From an uncultured Gemmatimonadales bacterium (lineage in GTDB: Bacteria > Gemmatimonadota > Gemmatimonadetes > Gemmatimonadales > GWC2-71-9), in assembly GCA_963704805.1 (NCBI GenBank), contig CAVPHS010000001.1:850496-914495 (forward strand): a stretch of DNA of 64,000 nucleotides, in the 5' to 3' direction. Every line of letters starts with the position of its first letter. Positions within the stretch are counted from its first letter, which is position 1. The notes beneath the pieces were generated by a model. The model was not told where the DNA came from and made no database searches. It was given only the letters and a program-made list of their open reading frames with translations. The translations under genes were made by a program, and so were the position numbers. This document shows, one piece after another, positions 43,547-53,168 of the stretch.

Positions 43547-44548
43547 CTAGAATACCCGGACTGCCGTGGCCTTGAAAGAGAAGACGACGGGGCTACCGGG
43601 GCCAAGCGCGAGATCACGCGCTGCTTCAGCAGTGATCGTCGCGACGAGCTCGACGCCCCCGACGTCGGCTCGCACCTGCACGCCGGCCCCACGGAGCTCG
43701 ATCGACATGCCGCTCACTCGTCCTCTGAAAACATTGCGCGCTGACGACGCCAATGGCTCGCGGCTGACGAAGATGTCGGTCGGGGGAACCGCCAGGACCA
43801 CCGGGCCGGAGCGATCCGTCATCAGGGCAAGATCAACGGTGCCGATGCGTACCTGCTTCACACCCTCGCCCGCTGGCAGCTCGACGCGGAACAGGTTCTC
43901 GGGTGTCACGGGGGACAGCCTGCCTTCCGCGAGCACACGGATGTCGTCGGCCCAGCGATAGGCGTCTTCGAGCTGATGGGATGCGATGCACGCCGAGAAC
44001 GGGCGCTCGGCTCGCTCAGCCGCGAGCGCGCGATACAGCGCACCGGCGGCGGCACGGTCCGCGGAGCTGGCGGGCTCGTCCAGCAACAGCACGTCGGTGC
44101 GTAGTACCAGCGCGCGCCCGACCGCGACGCGCTGTACCTCACCATCGGACAGCTCGTGGCGGCGCCGGCTCAGGAGCGGCCCGAGTCCCAGGCGTTCCAC
44201 GACGTCCCCGATGATCCCATCCGCGGCCGAGTGCCTGATGTCCCGGACCCGCAATCCAAATTCCAGATTGTCGCGCACTGTTCCGCGAAACAGGACCGGC
44301 CGTTGCTCGACGAGTGTGACGCGACGGCGGAGCGTGCCACGCTGGCGCGGAACTACGGTGGCGCCATCCCAGAGGACGGAGCCCTCCGTCGGCGTCTCCA
44401 GCAGGGCGAGCAGCCGGAGCAGCGTGCTCTTGCCGGCTCCGTTGTGGCCAACCAGCGCCACCACGCCTGTCTTGGGCAGGGCAAACTGCTCGAAATCGAG
44501 CACCACGCGTCCTTCGTAGCGGTGCCGCACAGCGCGCAGCTCAACCAT
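43547..44548 (-). CDS. ABC transporter ATP-binding protein with C-terminal TOBE/Mop domain (ModC/TupC-like)
   Basis: Walker A GHNGAGKST, signature LSDGEVQRV, Walker B LLLDEP. The C-terminal ~110 aa are TOBE-like (..VELVATITAEAARDLALGPGSPVVFSFKATAVRV). Confidence 0.85.
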   Translation of the reverse strand: MVELRAVRHRYEGRVVLDFEQFALPKTGVVALVGHNGAGKSTLLRLLALLETPTEGSVLWDGATVVPRQRGTLRRRVTLVEQRPVLFRGTVRDNLEFGLRVRDIRHSAADGIIGDVVERLGLGPLLSRRRHELSDGEVQRVAVGRALVLRTDVLLLDEPASSADRAAAGALYRALAAERAERPFSACIASHQLEDAYRWADDIRVLAEGRLSPVTPENLFRVELPAGEGVKQVRIGTVDLALMTDRSGPVVLAVPPTDIFVSREPLASSARNVFRGRVSGMSIELRGAGVQVRADVGGVELVATITAEAARDLALGPGSPVVFSFKATAVRVF

Positions 44549-45236
44549 TGCCACGCCCCTGGAGGACCTGCAGCGCAATGTTCACGAGGAGCGCCATGAC
44601 CAAAAGAATGAGTCCCAGCGCGAGCGCCATGCCGAAGTCGCCTTGCGACGTGTACAGCGCGACGGCGGTGGTCAGCGTGCGCGTCGAGCCACGGATGTTG
44701 CCGCCGACGATCATCGCGGTCCCGATCTCGGCGACGACCTGACCGAACGCCGCCGTGATTACCGCGGCCAGCGCGAAGCGCGCTTCGCGCGTCACCGTCC
44801 ACGCCGTCAGCCACCGTCCCGCCCCGAGCGTTTCCGCGGTGCGGCGGATCCGTGGATCGACACCCTGGATCGCCGCTGCCGACAACGCGGCGGCGATGGG
44901 CAGCGCGAGGAGCACGTCACCGACGACGATCGCCTGCCAGGTGTACAGCCAGCCGATGCCGCCCAGTGGCCCGCGCCGCGACAACATGCCGTACAGCAGC
45001 AGCCCGACGACGACTGTAGGGAACGCGAGGGCGGTGTTGACGACGGTGAGAGCGGCGCGCCGTCCCCAAAAGCGGCGTGTGGCGAGAAAGTAGCCGAGCG
45101 GCAGACCCAGCACGCAGGAGACGATGGTCGCGACGACAGCGACCTTCAGCGTGAGGAGGGCGATTCCATAGACTTCGCCATCGCCCCCGGCGAGCAAGGC
45201 CCACGCCCGCCGGAATCCTTCGGCTAGAAACTCCAT
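44541..45236 (-). CDS. ABC transporter permease, tungstate/molybdate type (TupB/ModB-like)
   Basis: 231 aa, about 5-6 TM segments. Carries an EAA-loop region (RRTAETLGAGRW) and GGNIRGSTRTLTTAVAL, which I associate with TupB-type permeases (from memory). Confidence 0.75.
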   Translation of the reverse strand: MEFLAEGFRRAWALLAGGDGEVYGIALLTLKVAVVATIVSCVLGLPLGYFLATRRFWGRRAALTVVNTALAFPTVVVGLLLYGMLSRRGPLGGIGWLYTWQAIVVGDVLLALPIAAALSAAAIQGVDPRIRRTAETLGAGRWLTAWTVTREARFALAAVITAAFGQVVAEIGTAMIVGGNIRGSTRTLTTAVALYTSQGDFGMALALGLILLVMALLVNIALQVLQGRGNG

Positions 45237-45955
45237 CCCAAGCCGACGCTAAACCACGGATGGATGATCCACTCGCTGAGGTCATGAATGAGGGGAAGGA
45301 CGCGAGAACCGTCCGGGGCCTGCGAGTGAAACGAAGCGGGATAGCTCTCTTTCCAGAACACGAAGCGCGCATCGCCGTTGAGCCAGAGGTGCCGGCGCGG
45401 ATACCAGCGTACTCCGGTGCCCAAGCTCACCGTGAACTTGGTGCCGAACTGGTACTTGCCGCTGGTGATGGTGTCAATCGGCTCTGTCGTTTCGAAGCCG
45501 ACGCCGAGGCCGACGCCCGCATACGGCGCGATCCCGTGCCACGACTTGGCACCGGCGAGCCGCAGCTGCAGCATCATATCGGTGAGCACGACCGCCGATT
45601 TGAAAGGACCGGTCTTGCGATTCGGCGAGGAGGAATCGGCGCCCGGGTTGATGACGAAGCGGTCGCCGTCGAGATAGGCCCCGTTGAACTGCAGTACCAA
45701 CGTTTTCCCAGCCGGGATCTCGTAGCGCAGGGCGGCGCTGCGGGCGTTGCTGAATGCGGCGTCCGCGCTGCCGCGGCTGCCGTTGAACTCACCGACGAGG
45801 AAGGAGGGAGCGGCGCGCAACGGCACGTCACGGTACGGCGAGCTCCCGGGGTCGTGGCCGACTTGAGCGACGGCAACGTCATATGACGCTACGACGCTAA
45901 GTCCTACGAGTGCGCTTACAACGTACCGTCGTACAACGTACCGTCGTTCCGTCAT
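45224..45955 (-). CDS. Hypothetical outer-membrane beta-barrel protein
   Basis: The start ATG 45955 overlaps the gpmI stop (ATGA). N-terminus MTERRYVVRRYVVSALVGLSVVASYDVAVAQ, C-terminus ...FSVGLGWSF. Confidence 0.65.
   Translation of the reverse strand: MTERRYVVRRYVVSALVGLSVVASYDVAVAQVGHDPGSSPYRDVPLRAAPSFLVGEFNGSRGSADAAFSNARSAALRYEIPAGKTLVLQFNGAYLDGDRFVINPGADSSSPNRKTGPFKSAVVLTDMMLQLRLAGAKSWHGIAPYAGVGLGVGFETTEPIDTITSGKYQFGTKFTVSLGTGVRWYPRRHLWLNGDARFVFWKESYPASFHSQAPDGSRVLPLIHDLSEWIIHPWFSVGLGWSF
45918..45947. repeat. Perfect 15-bp tandem duplication (ACAACGTACCGTCGT x2)
   Basis: Read directly. It encodes RRYVV-RRYVV at the N-terminus of the minus-strand OMP gene. Confidence 0.95.
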
Positions 45956-47493
45956 ACAACCCCTCTCAAATCTCGTCCGGTCATCTCTTTCGGCGGCTCG
46001 ATTCCCATGAGCTGCAAGATCGTCGGCCCCACGTCGCGAAGCGAGCCGCCGGTGCGCAAGTGCCGCGTGCCGGCTCCCTCGCCCACGATCACTAGCGGCA
46101 CCGGGTTCGTCGTATGCGCCGTGTGCGGGCCGCCCGTCGTGGGGTCGATCATCAGCTCGCAGTTGCCGTGATCCGCCGTGATGATGACGGTTGCCCCCGC
46201 CTGATCGGCGGTCTTGAGCACGCGGATGAGACATTGATCGACCGTCTCCACCGCTTTGACTGCGGCTGCCAATACCCCGGAATGCCCCACCATGTCCCCG
46301 TTCGCGTAATTGCACAGAATGAAATCGTGCTGCCTGGCGGCGATGGCGCCGCACAGCACATCGGTGACTCCCGCGGCGCTCATCTCCGGCATGAGGTCGT
46401 AGGTGGCGACCTTCTGGGACGGTACGAGGAGCCGCTCTTCGCCTTTATAGGGCGGCTCGTATCCGCCATTGAAGAAGTAGGTGACGTGCGCGTACTTCTC
46501 CGTCTCGGCGGTGCGAAACATCGTCCTGCCGCGTTCGGCGAGCACCTCCGCGACGATGCGCGACAGCACCATCGGCTCGAAAGCGGCAGCGAAGGGCAGT
46601 GTCTCGTCGTAGCGCGTCATGGTGACGAGCTGCACGTCGGGGCGGCCGCGCACGTCGAATCCATCGAACCCTGGTGCAGCGAGGGCGCGCACGATTTGCC
46701 GCATGCGATCGGCGCGATAGTTGAAGCAGAATATGCCGTCGCCGTCTTTGATGAGCGGCGCACCGGCGATCACGCGCGGCTTCACGAATTCGTCGGTCTC
46801 GCCCGCGGCGTAGGCCTGCTTGATCGCGGTGATAGGATCGGGAACCGAAACGCCGACACCGTTCACCATCGCGTCGTACGCGAGCTTCGTCCGTTCCCAG
46901 CGCTTGTCGCGGTCCATGGCGTAATAGCGCCCGATCACGGTAGAGACGGCCGGACGGTCGGACGGCCCGACGGACTCTAACAATTGTTGCATGAACTCGA
47001 GACCAGACTTCGGCGGCGTGTCGCGGCCGTCGAGCCACGCGTGGATCGCGACTGCGACGCCCGCTTTGCGGCCCATCGCCACGGCCGCCAAGAGGTGTTT
47101 GTCGAGTGCGTGAACACCGCCGGTCCCAATCAGTCCCATCACGTGCAACGTGCCGTCGTGCCGACGTGTATCCTCGACCAGCTTCACGAGCGCCGGAATT
47201 CGGGAGAACTCGCCAGAGTCAATCGACTGCGTGATGCGCACGATGTCCTGGGGGACGACGCGCCCAGCGCCCAGGTTCAAGTGCCCGACTTCACTGTTGC
47301 CGATTTGTCCCTCGGGGAGCCCGACGGCGAGTCCGGAGGCTTCGAGCAGTGTGCGCGGCGCGCGCTCCCACAGCCGATGCCACGTCGGTGTGTTGCCGAG
47401 CTCGATCGCGTTGCCCTCGCGACCGGGGCGGAAGCCCCAGCCGTCGAGCACGATGAGCACTACTGGGGTGCGCCCGCTGCCGCTCGTTGTCAT
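45952..47493 (-). CDS. gpmI: 2,3-bisphosphoglycerate-independent phosphoglycerate mutase
   Basis: Contains VVLIVLDGWG and ITADHGNCE. ATG 47493 (MTTSGSG...) is preferred over ATG 47523. Confidence 0.93.
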   Translation of the reverse strand: MTTSGSGRTPVVLIVLDGWGFRPGREGNAIELGNTPTWHRLWERAPRTLLEASGLAVGLPEGQIGNSEVGHLNLGAGRVVPQDIVRITQSIDSGEFSRIPALVKLVEDTRRHDGTLHVMGLIGTGGVHALDKHLLAAVAMGRKAGVAVAIHAWLDGRDTPPKSGLEFMQQLLESVGPSDRPAVSTVIGRYYAMDRDKRWERTKLAYDAMVNGVGVSVPDPITAIKQAYAAGETDEFVKPRVIAGAPLIKDGDGIFCFNYRADRMRQIVRALAAPGFDGFDVRGRPDVQLVTMTRYDETLPFAAAFEPMVLSRIVAEVLAERGRTMFRTAETEKYAHVTYFFNGGYEPPYKGEERLLVPSQKVATYDLMPEMSAAGVTDVLCGAIAARQHDFILCNYANGDMVGHSGVLAAAVKAVETVDQCLIRVLKTADQAGATVIITADHGNCELMIDPTTGGPHTAHTTNPVPLVIVGEGAGTRHLRTGGSLRDVGPTILQLMGIEPPKEMTGRDLRGVV

Positions 47494-47503
47494 ATTGAAG
47501 GGG

Positions 47504-48595
47504 ATGCAAGTTAGCCAGTTCATTCCTGCGCTTCTAGCGGCGCTGAGCCTCGCGACGCCCCCGGGCGCGGCCGCACAGGGGGCTATGCGTTATCGGGTCA
47601 ATGCCGATAACGCCTGGTTCTACCAGGACGTCGCCGGGCGGCGGATCGCGCGGCTGGCGGCCGGCTCCATCGTCACCGCCGGCACGACGCGCAACGACTG
47701 GATGCAAGTCACCCTCGACGGCTGGATCTTTGCGACGTCCGTCGGTCCCAGCGACCGCCCCGACTTCGACCTCCTCGTCACCCACGCGCCCACTGAAAAT
47801 CTCCGCGCCGCGCCGGCCGGTCCGCTCATCGCCGAGCTGGCCCAGGGGTTCGGTTTGAAGCGCATGGGGGCTGGGGCGGGGGCGGACAGCGCTGGAAAAG
47901 CCGGTCGCTGGATTCACGTGACGCGCGACGGCTGGGTGCAACGGAGCGCGCTGGTGCCCATTCCCGACGTGGTCGCGACGCGGACGTCGGACACGTCGTC
48001 GGCGACGGACCCTGACACGCCCGAGGGCGGGCCACCCTCGGCGCCACGCCCTCCCGGCGCGGGAGACACGACGCGGGTGGATTCGAGCCGCGCCCAACCG
48101 ATGCGGGTGACGACGTTGTACCGCGCGCCCGACGGTCCCGAGGCCGGCACGATTTCTGTCGACACGCCGGTGCGTGTGCTCAGCCGCAATGGCGAGTGGA
48201 CGCGCGTGCAGTACGAAGGGTGGGTCAAGGGTGAAGACCTCCAGGTGGCCCCCGCCGGTGTCATGCTGGGCGTCACCGCCGCCGAGCTGCGCGCCGAGCC
48301 GCAACGCTACGTGGGGCAGGTGCTGCGCTGGCGGCTCGAATTCATCGCGCTGCAAAAAGCCGACGAGTTGCGGCCGGATATCCCGGCCGGCGCGAGCTAC
48401 GCGCTCGCGCGGGGACCGCTGCCCGAGCGCGGCTTCGTATACGTCGTCGTGCCGGACAACCGGCTGCCCGCCTTTCGCGCACTCACGCCCCTCGTCGAGA
48501 TGCAGATCACGGTGCGGGTGCGAAACGGACGCAGTCGCTACCTCGGTAATCCCGTGGTCGACCTGGTTTCGCTGGAGGGAGGATCAACGCCATGA
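47504..48595 (+). CDS. Secreted protein with three SH3b-like segments
   Basis: ATG 47504 gives the signal peptide MQVSQFIPALLAALSLATPPGAAAQG. W..V..DGW[IV] occurs three times (NDWMQVTLDGWIF, GRWIHVTRDGWVQ, GEWTRVQYEGWVK). The family call is tentative. Confidence 0.55.
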   Translation: MQVSQFIPALLAALSLATPPGAAAQGAMRYRVNADNAWFYQDVAGRRIARLAAGSIVTAGTTRNDWMQVTLDGWIFATSVGPSDRPDFDLLVTHAPTENLRAAPAGPLIAELAQGFGLKRMGAGAGADSAGKAGRWIHVTRDGWVQRSALVPIPDVVATRTSDTSSATDPDTPEGGPPSAPRPPGAGDTTRVDSSRAQPMRVTTLYRAPDGPEAGTISVDTPVRVLSRNGEWTRVQYEGWVKGEDLQVAPAGVMLGVTAAELRAEPQRYVGQVLRWRLEFIALQKADELRPDIPAGASYALARGPLPERGFVYVVVPDNRLPAFRALTPLVEMQITVRVRNGRSRYLGNPVVDLVSLEGGSTP

Positions 48596-48942
48596 ATGAC
48601 GTCTTGGCAGAGCGGATCCGCCGCAAGCTCGATGTGATGCCGGACGAGCAGGCCTATCAGGTGCTCGACTATATCGAGTTCCTCGAGTCGAAGTATGCGC
48701 AGCGCGCCGCCGGCGCCCCGGCCTTCCAGAAAGTCGCGGAAACGCTGGAAGACACGATGCGCGCGGGCCGCGTGCCAGTGAACATCATCCGGGGAACGAT
48801 GGACACGGTTGGAAAGGCCGGCCGGTTCCTGGAGAGTCTGGCGGCCGCTGGAAAGGCGGCGGTCGACGAAGCGAAGCGCAAGCCGGTGGAAGAGAAGCCC
48901 GCCGAAGCAAAGCCGGTTGAGGAAACCAAAACACCCCAGTAA
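48592..48942 (+). CDS. Hypothetical small protein (DUF2281-like N-terminus, Lys/Glu/Pro-rich tail)
   Basis: 116 aa, ATGA overlap with the upstream gene. [20 protein letters not shown] resembles the DUF2281 motif. Confidence 0.5.
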   Translation: MNDVLAERIRRKLDVMPDEQAYQVLDYIEFLESKYAQRAAGAPAFQKVAETLEDTMRAGRVPVNIIRGTMDTVGKAGRFLESLAAAGKAAVDEAKRKPVEEKPAEAKPVEETKTPQ

Positions 48943-48950
48943 CTTTCGAG

Positions 48951-50408
48951 ATGGGAACCTTCCGGCCCGACGTCGCGCTGACCTTCGACGACGTCCTGCT
49001 CGTTCCGCGTCACTCGACGGTCCATCCTCGCAACGTCATTGTCACCAGTCGCTTCACTCGCGCCATTCCGCTCAACATCCCGATCGTTTCCGCCGCCATG
49101 GACACCGTAACGGAGGCGGAAATGGCCATGGCGATGGCGCGCCAGGGCGGGATCGGCGTGATCCACAAGAACATGACGATCGATCGCCAGGCGGCCGAAG
49201 TCGATCGCGTCAAGCGCAGCGAGTCGGGCATGATCATGAATCCGATCACGCTCGGACCGGACCGGCCGTTACGCGAAGCGCAGCAGCTCATGGTGCGCTT
49301 CAAGATCTCCGGCGTACCGATCGTCGATGGGGCGGGGAAGCTGGTCGGCATCATCACGAACCGCGATTTGCAGTTCGAGCGCGAGCTGGATCGCCCGATT
49401 CGCGACGTGATGACCAAAGACAGACTGGTCACCGCGCCTGTCGGCACGACCCTCGATGACGCTGAACGACTCCTCGCCAAACACCGCATCGAAAAGCTGC
49501 CGGTCGTCGATAAGCAGGGATTGTTGAAGGGCCTCATTACCATCAAGGACATCTTCAAGCGGCGCCAGTTTCCCGACGCAAACAAGGATCAGCACGGCCG
49601 GCTCCGGGTGGCCGCGGCCGTCGGCGGGACCACCGACGCGCGCGCGCGCGCGCAAGCGCTGCTCGATGCCGGCTGTGATGTCGTCGTGGTGGATTCGGCG
49701 CACGGCCACAGCCAGGGGGTGCTCGACACCGTCGCCTGCCTGCGGGATGCCTTCCCCGAAGCCCAGATCGCGGCGGGCAATGTGGCCACGGAGGCGGGGG
49801 CGCGCGCGTTGGTCGAGCGCGGCGTGGACGCGGTGAAAGTCGGCGTCGGCCCGGGATCGATTTGCACGACACGCGTCGTCACCGGAATCGGCGTCCCGCA
49901 GATCACCGCGATCGTCGATGCCGTGCGCGGCGCGGGCGACGTTCCCGTCATCGCGGATGGAGGCATCAAGTACTCGGGGGACGCCGTGAAGGCGCTCGCG
50001 GCCGGCGCGGAAAGCGTGATGATGGGGTCGATGCTCGCGGGTACCGAAGAGAGCCCCGGGGAGTCCTTCCTGCTCGAGGGCCGGCGCTTCAAAGTGATCC
50101 GCGGCATGGGGAGCCTGTCCGCCATGGAAGAAGGGTCGGCAGACCGCTACTTCCAGGAGGGCGAGGTCTCGCTACAAAAACTCGTGCCGGAAGGCATCGA
50201 GGGACGCGTACCGTACCGCGGACCCGTGGCGGACGTGGTTTTTCAGATGGTCGGCGGGCTGAGAAGCGGAATGGGGTACTGCGGCGTTTGCGAGATCGCC
50301 GCGCTGCGCACTGAGACCGAATTCATCCGGATCACGTCGGCGGGTCTGCGGGAATCGCATCCGCACGACGTTGTCATTACGCGGGAAGCACCCAACTACA
50401 GTCTCTAG
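48951..50408 (+). CDS. guaB: IMP dehydrogenase
   Basis: 485 aa with [10 protein letters not shown], a CBS pair and the catalytic loop [11 protein letters not shown]. Confidence 0.97.
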   Translation: MGTFRPDVALTFDDVLLVPRHSTVHPRNVIVTSRFTRAIPLNIPIVSAAMDTVTEAEMAMAMARQGGIGVIHKNMTIDRQAAEVDRVKRSESGMIMNPITLGPDRPLREAQQLMVRFKISGVPIVDGAGKLVGIITNRDLQFERELDRPIRDVMTKDRLVTAPVGTTLDDAERLLAKHRIEKLPVVDKQGLLKGLITIKDIFKRRQFPDANKDQHGRLRVAAAVGGTTDARARAQALLDAGCDVVVVDSAHGHSQGVLDTVACLRDAFPEAQIAAGNVATEAGARALVERGVDAVKVGVGPGSICTTRVVTGIGVPQITAIVDAVRGAGDVPVIADGGIKYSGDAVKALAAGAESVMMGSMLAGTEESPGESFLLEGRRFKVIRGMGSLSAMEEGSADRYFQEGEVSLQKLVPEGIEGRVPYRGPVADVVFQMVGGLRSGMGYCGVCEIAALRTETEFIRITSAGLRESHPHDVVITREAPNYSL

Positions 50409-50489
50409 CGGGTTGACAGAACGTCGCTCTGGGCGAACCTTGGGGCCGTCTGCACCGTCGATTCGTTACCAACCTGAACGGAGTCCCGC

Positions 50490-52032
50490 ATGAATTTGTG
50501 GGCTACGAAGTCCATCACGACCCTGCGCGCCGAGGCCGACGAGGTGGGCGAGCATCAGCTGAAACGGGCGCTTGGCCCGCTTAACCTGATCACGCTGGGC
50601 ATCGGCGCTATCATCGGCGCGGGCATCTTCGTGCTCACAGGCCAGGCGGCGGCGTTGCACGCGGGGCCGGCCGTTCCGATCTCGATGGCGATCGTGGGCA
50701 TCGCCTGCGCGTTCGCCGGTCTCTGCTACGCCGAGATGGCCAGCGCCGTCCCCGTCGCGGGCAGCGCGTACACCTATTCGTACGCCACGATGGGTGAGCT
50801 CGTCGCTTGGATCATCGGTTGGGACCTGGTGCTCGAGTACGCGGCGGGCGCGGCGACCGTCGGTGTGGGCTGGTCCGGCCATCTCGTGTCGCTGCTCAGC
50901 CAGCTGGGCATCGTCATTCCCCCGCATCTCGCAGCGTCCCCGACGCAATGGTGCACCGCCATCCAGGTGCAACAAGCGGTGGCGGGTTGCGCGCACGCCG
51001 GCCTCAACTTCACCGGCGCGTGCGTGAACTTGCCCGCGGTGTTCATTGTCGTGCTGATGTCCACGATCCTCGTCATCGGCATCAAGGAATCGGCGAGCGT
51101 CAACAACCTGATCGTGATGCTCAAGGTCACGATCATCCTGCTGATCGTCGTCGGTGGGCCTGGGACACATCACCCCCGAGAACTAGAAGCCGTTCATTCC
51201 GCCAAACGCGGGGGAATGGGGCACGTACGGCTGGTCGGGCGTGCTGCGCGGCGCGGGACTCGTGTTCTTCGCCTACATCGGGTTCGACGCGGTATCGACG
51301 GCGGCGCAGGAAGCGCGCAATCCGCAAAAGGACATGCCCATCGGCATCCTGGGATCGCTGGCGATCTGCACGATTCTCTACGTCGTGGTGTCGGCGGTGC
51401 TGGTCGGGATGGTGCCCTACAAGGAGCTGAATCTTCCCGCGCCCGATGGCCTACGCGATGGAGAAGATCGGCGCGCCGCACGTGGGTCCGGCTCTCGGTC
51501 GACGTCGGCGCGGTGCTCGGTCTCGGGTCGGTGATCCTGGTGATGCTGCTCGGCCAGTCCCGCGTGTTCTACTCGATGTCGCGCGACGGCCTGCTCGGGA
51601 AGTGGGCGGGCGCCGTCCATCCGAAGTTCCGCACGCCGTATCTGTCGACGATCTTCACCGGCATCGCGGTGGGCTTCGCGACCGGCATGCTGCCGCTGCA
51701 GCTGCTCGGCCAGCTGGTGAACATCGGTACGCTGCTCGCGTTCGTGCTGGTGTGCGCGGGCGTGCTGGATTCTGCGCACGAAGCGGCCCGATCTCGACCG
51801 TCCGTTCCGGACCCCGTGGGTGCCGTTCGTGCCGATTCTCGGTATCCTCTGCTGCCTCGGCCTGATGGCCACGCTGCCGGGCGACACCTGGATCCGGCTG
51901 ATCGTGTGGTTGCTGATCGGCTTCGTGATCTACTTCGGCTACAGCCGGCACCACAGTCGCTTGCAGCGCGAGCTGGCCGGTGGCGCCGCGGGCAGCCCAG
52001 GCACGCGGGGGCAGGCGCCACCGGGGCGATAA
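50490..52032 (+). pseudogene. APC-superfamily (CAT/YfnA-like) amino-acid permease, four frameshifts plus one in-frame amber codon
   Basis: Permease-like text switches frame at ~51156, ~51445, ~51485 and ~51768. A TAG at 51184-51186 sits where ITPEN-W-KPFIPP would be expected. Confidence 0.85.
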
Positions 52033-52142
52033 GCCAGGCTTCAGCCTGTGAATCGGCGAGATCGCGGACCCTACCCGACCAAAAGAACTAGATCAAAGGT
52101 CTGGTTGCGGCCGAGCACGCGGTCGGCGCGATTATCTTCTCC

Positions 52143-53168
52143 GTGATGCAACCCAATGGTGTACCCGTTCCGCCCGAGCGCGCTCAGGCGGCTCGCGATG
52201 TTGCGGCCGTCCTGACGGGCGCCCGCCACGTCGTCTTGACGACGCACGTCAACGCCGACGGCGACGGGGTCGGCAGCGAAGTCGCGTTGTGGCATCTGCT
52301 GCGCGCGCGCGGCGTTTCCGTGACGATCGCCAACCCCACCGACATTCCCGATCGATTCCACTTCATGATTCCCGATGGCGCCGATGCGAGCGACCGCGCG
52401 GTGCGGGAAATCGAGCGCGCCGATGTCGTCGCCTCGCTCGACATCGGGGACCTGAGCCGGCTCGGGAACCTGGCGACGGTGATCAGCAAGCGCCAGCCGC
52501 CATTCGTTTGTATCGATCACCACGTCGGTCCGGTCAAACTGCCGGCGGGGCCGTATCTCGTCGCTCCGGACGCAACGGCGACGGCGGAGCTCATCTTCGA
52601 TCTCGCGTCAGTCGCCGGCTGGCCGCTCACGCCCGAGAGCGCGCAGGCGCTCTACGTCGGACTCCTCACGGACACCGGTGGGTTTCGGTTCTCCAACACG
52701 ACGGCCCGCGCCCTGCGCGTCGCCGCCGCCTTGCTCGAGAAAGGCGTCGACCCCGAAGAGGTGTACGGGTCGGTGTACGCCAGCGCACCCGAAGGCCGCG
52801 TGCGGCTGCTCGCCGAGGTACTTCAGACGCTGGTCGTCGAGCCGGAGGTCGGGCTCGCCTGGGTGAGTGTGCCGGCCGACGCGCTGCGCCGCCACGAAGT
52901 GACCCCTGACGATCTCGACGGCATCGTCGAATTCCCACGCTCCATCGCCGGTGTGCGCCTCGCGCTACTGTTTCGGCACATCGGCAGCGGTCGCATCAAG
53001 GTGTCGTTCCGCTCGATGGGTGAGGTCGACGTCGCCGAGCTGGCGCATCAGTTCGGGGGCGGCGGCCATCATCGCGCGGCGGGCGCCTCGCTCGCCGGCA
53101 CGATGGGGGATGTCGAGGAGAAAGTCCTCACCGCCGCGAGGCTGTTTCTGAGCAACGGCCAATCATGA
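52143..53168 (+). CDS. DHH-family phosphoesterase (NrnA-like)
   Basis: Contains HVNADGDGVGS and the CIDHH motif, plus a DHHA1-like C-terminus (GGGHHRAAGA). Confidence 0.85.
   Translation: MMQPNGVPVPPERAQAARDVAAVLTGARHVVLTTHVNADGDGVGSEVALWHLLRARGVSVTIANPTDIPDRFHFMIPDGADASDRAVREIERADVVASLDIGDLSRLGNLATVISKRQPPFVCIDHHVGPVKLPAGPYLVAPDATATAELIFDLASVAGWPLTPESAQALYVGLLTDTGGFRFSNTTARALRVAAALLEKGVDPEEVYGSVYASAPEGRVRLLAEVLQTLVVEPEVGLAWVSVPADALRRHEVTPDDLDGIVEFPRSIAGVRLALLFRHIGSGRIKVSFRSMGEVDVAELAHQFGGGGHHRAAGASLAGTMGDVEEKVLTAARLFLSNGQS

Noticed and set aside
51184-51186. The in-frame TAG in the permease as programmed readthrough or pyrrolysine-type recoding.
   Set aside because: The same gene carries four frameshifts, and no recoding machinery or context is visible. 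A simple TGG to TAG nonsense mutation in a decaying gene is the most economical explanation.
52033-52142. Small hairpin CAGGC-TTCA-GCCTG after the permease remnant as a terminator, and TTGACA at 50414 as a promoter -35 box.
   Set aside because: The stem is only 5 bp with no U-tract, and the TTGACA has no convincing -10 partner at 17 bp. Both are too weak to report as features.
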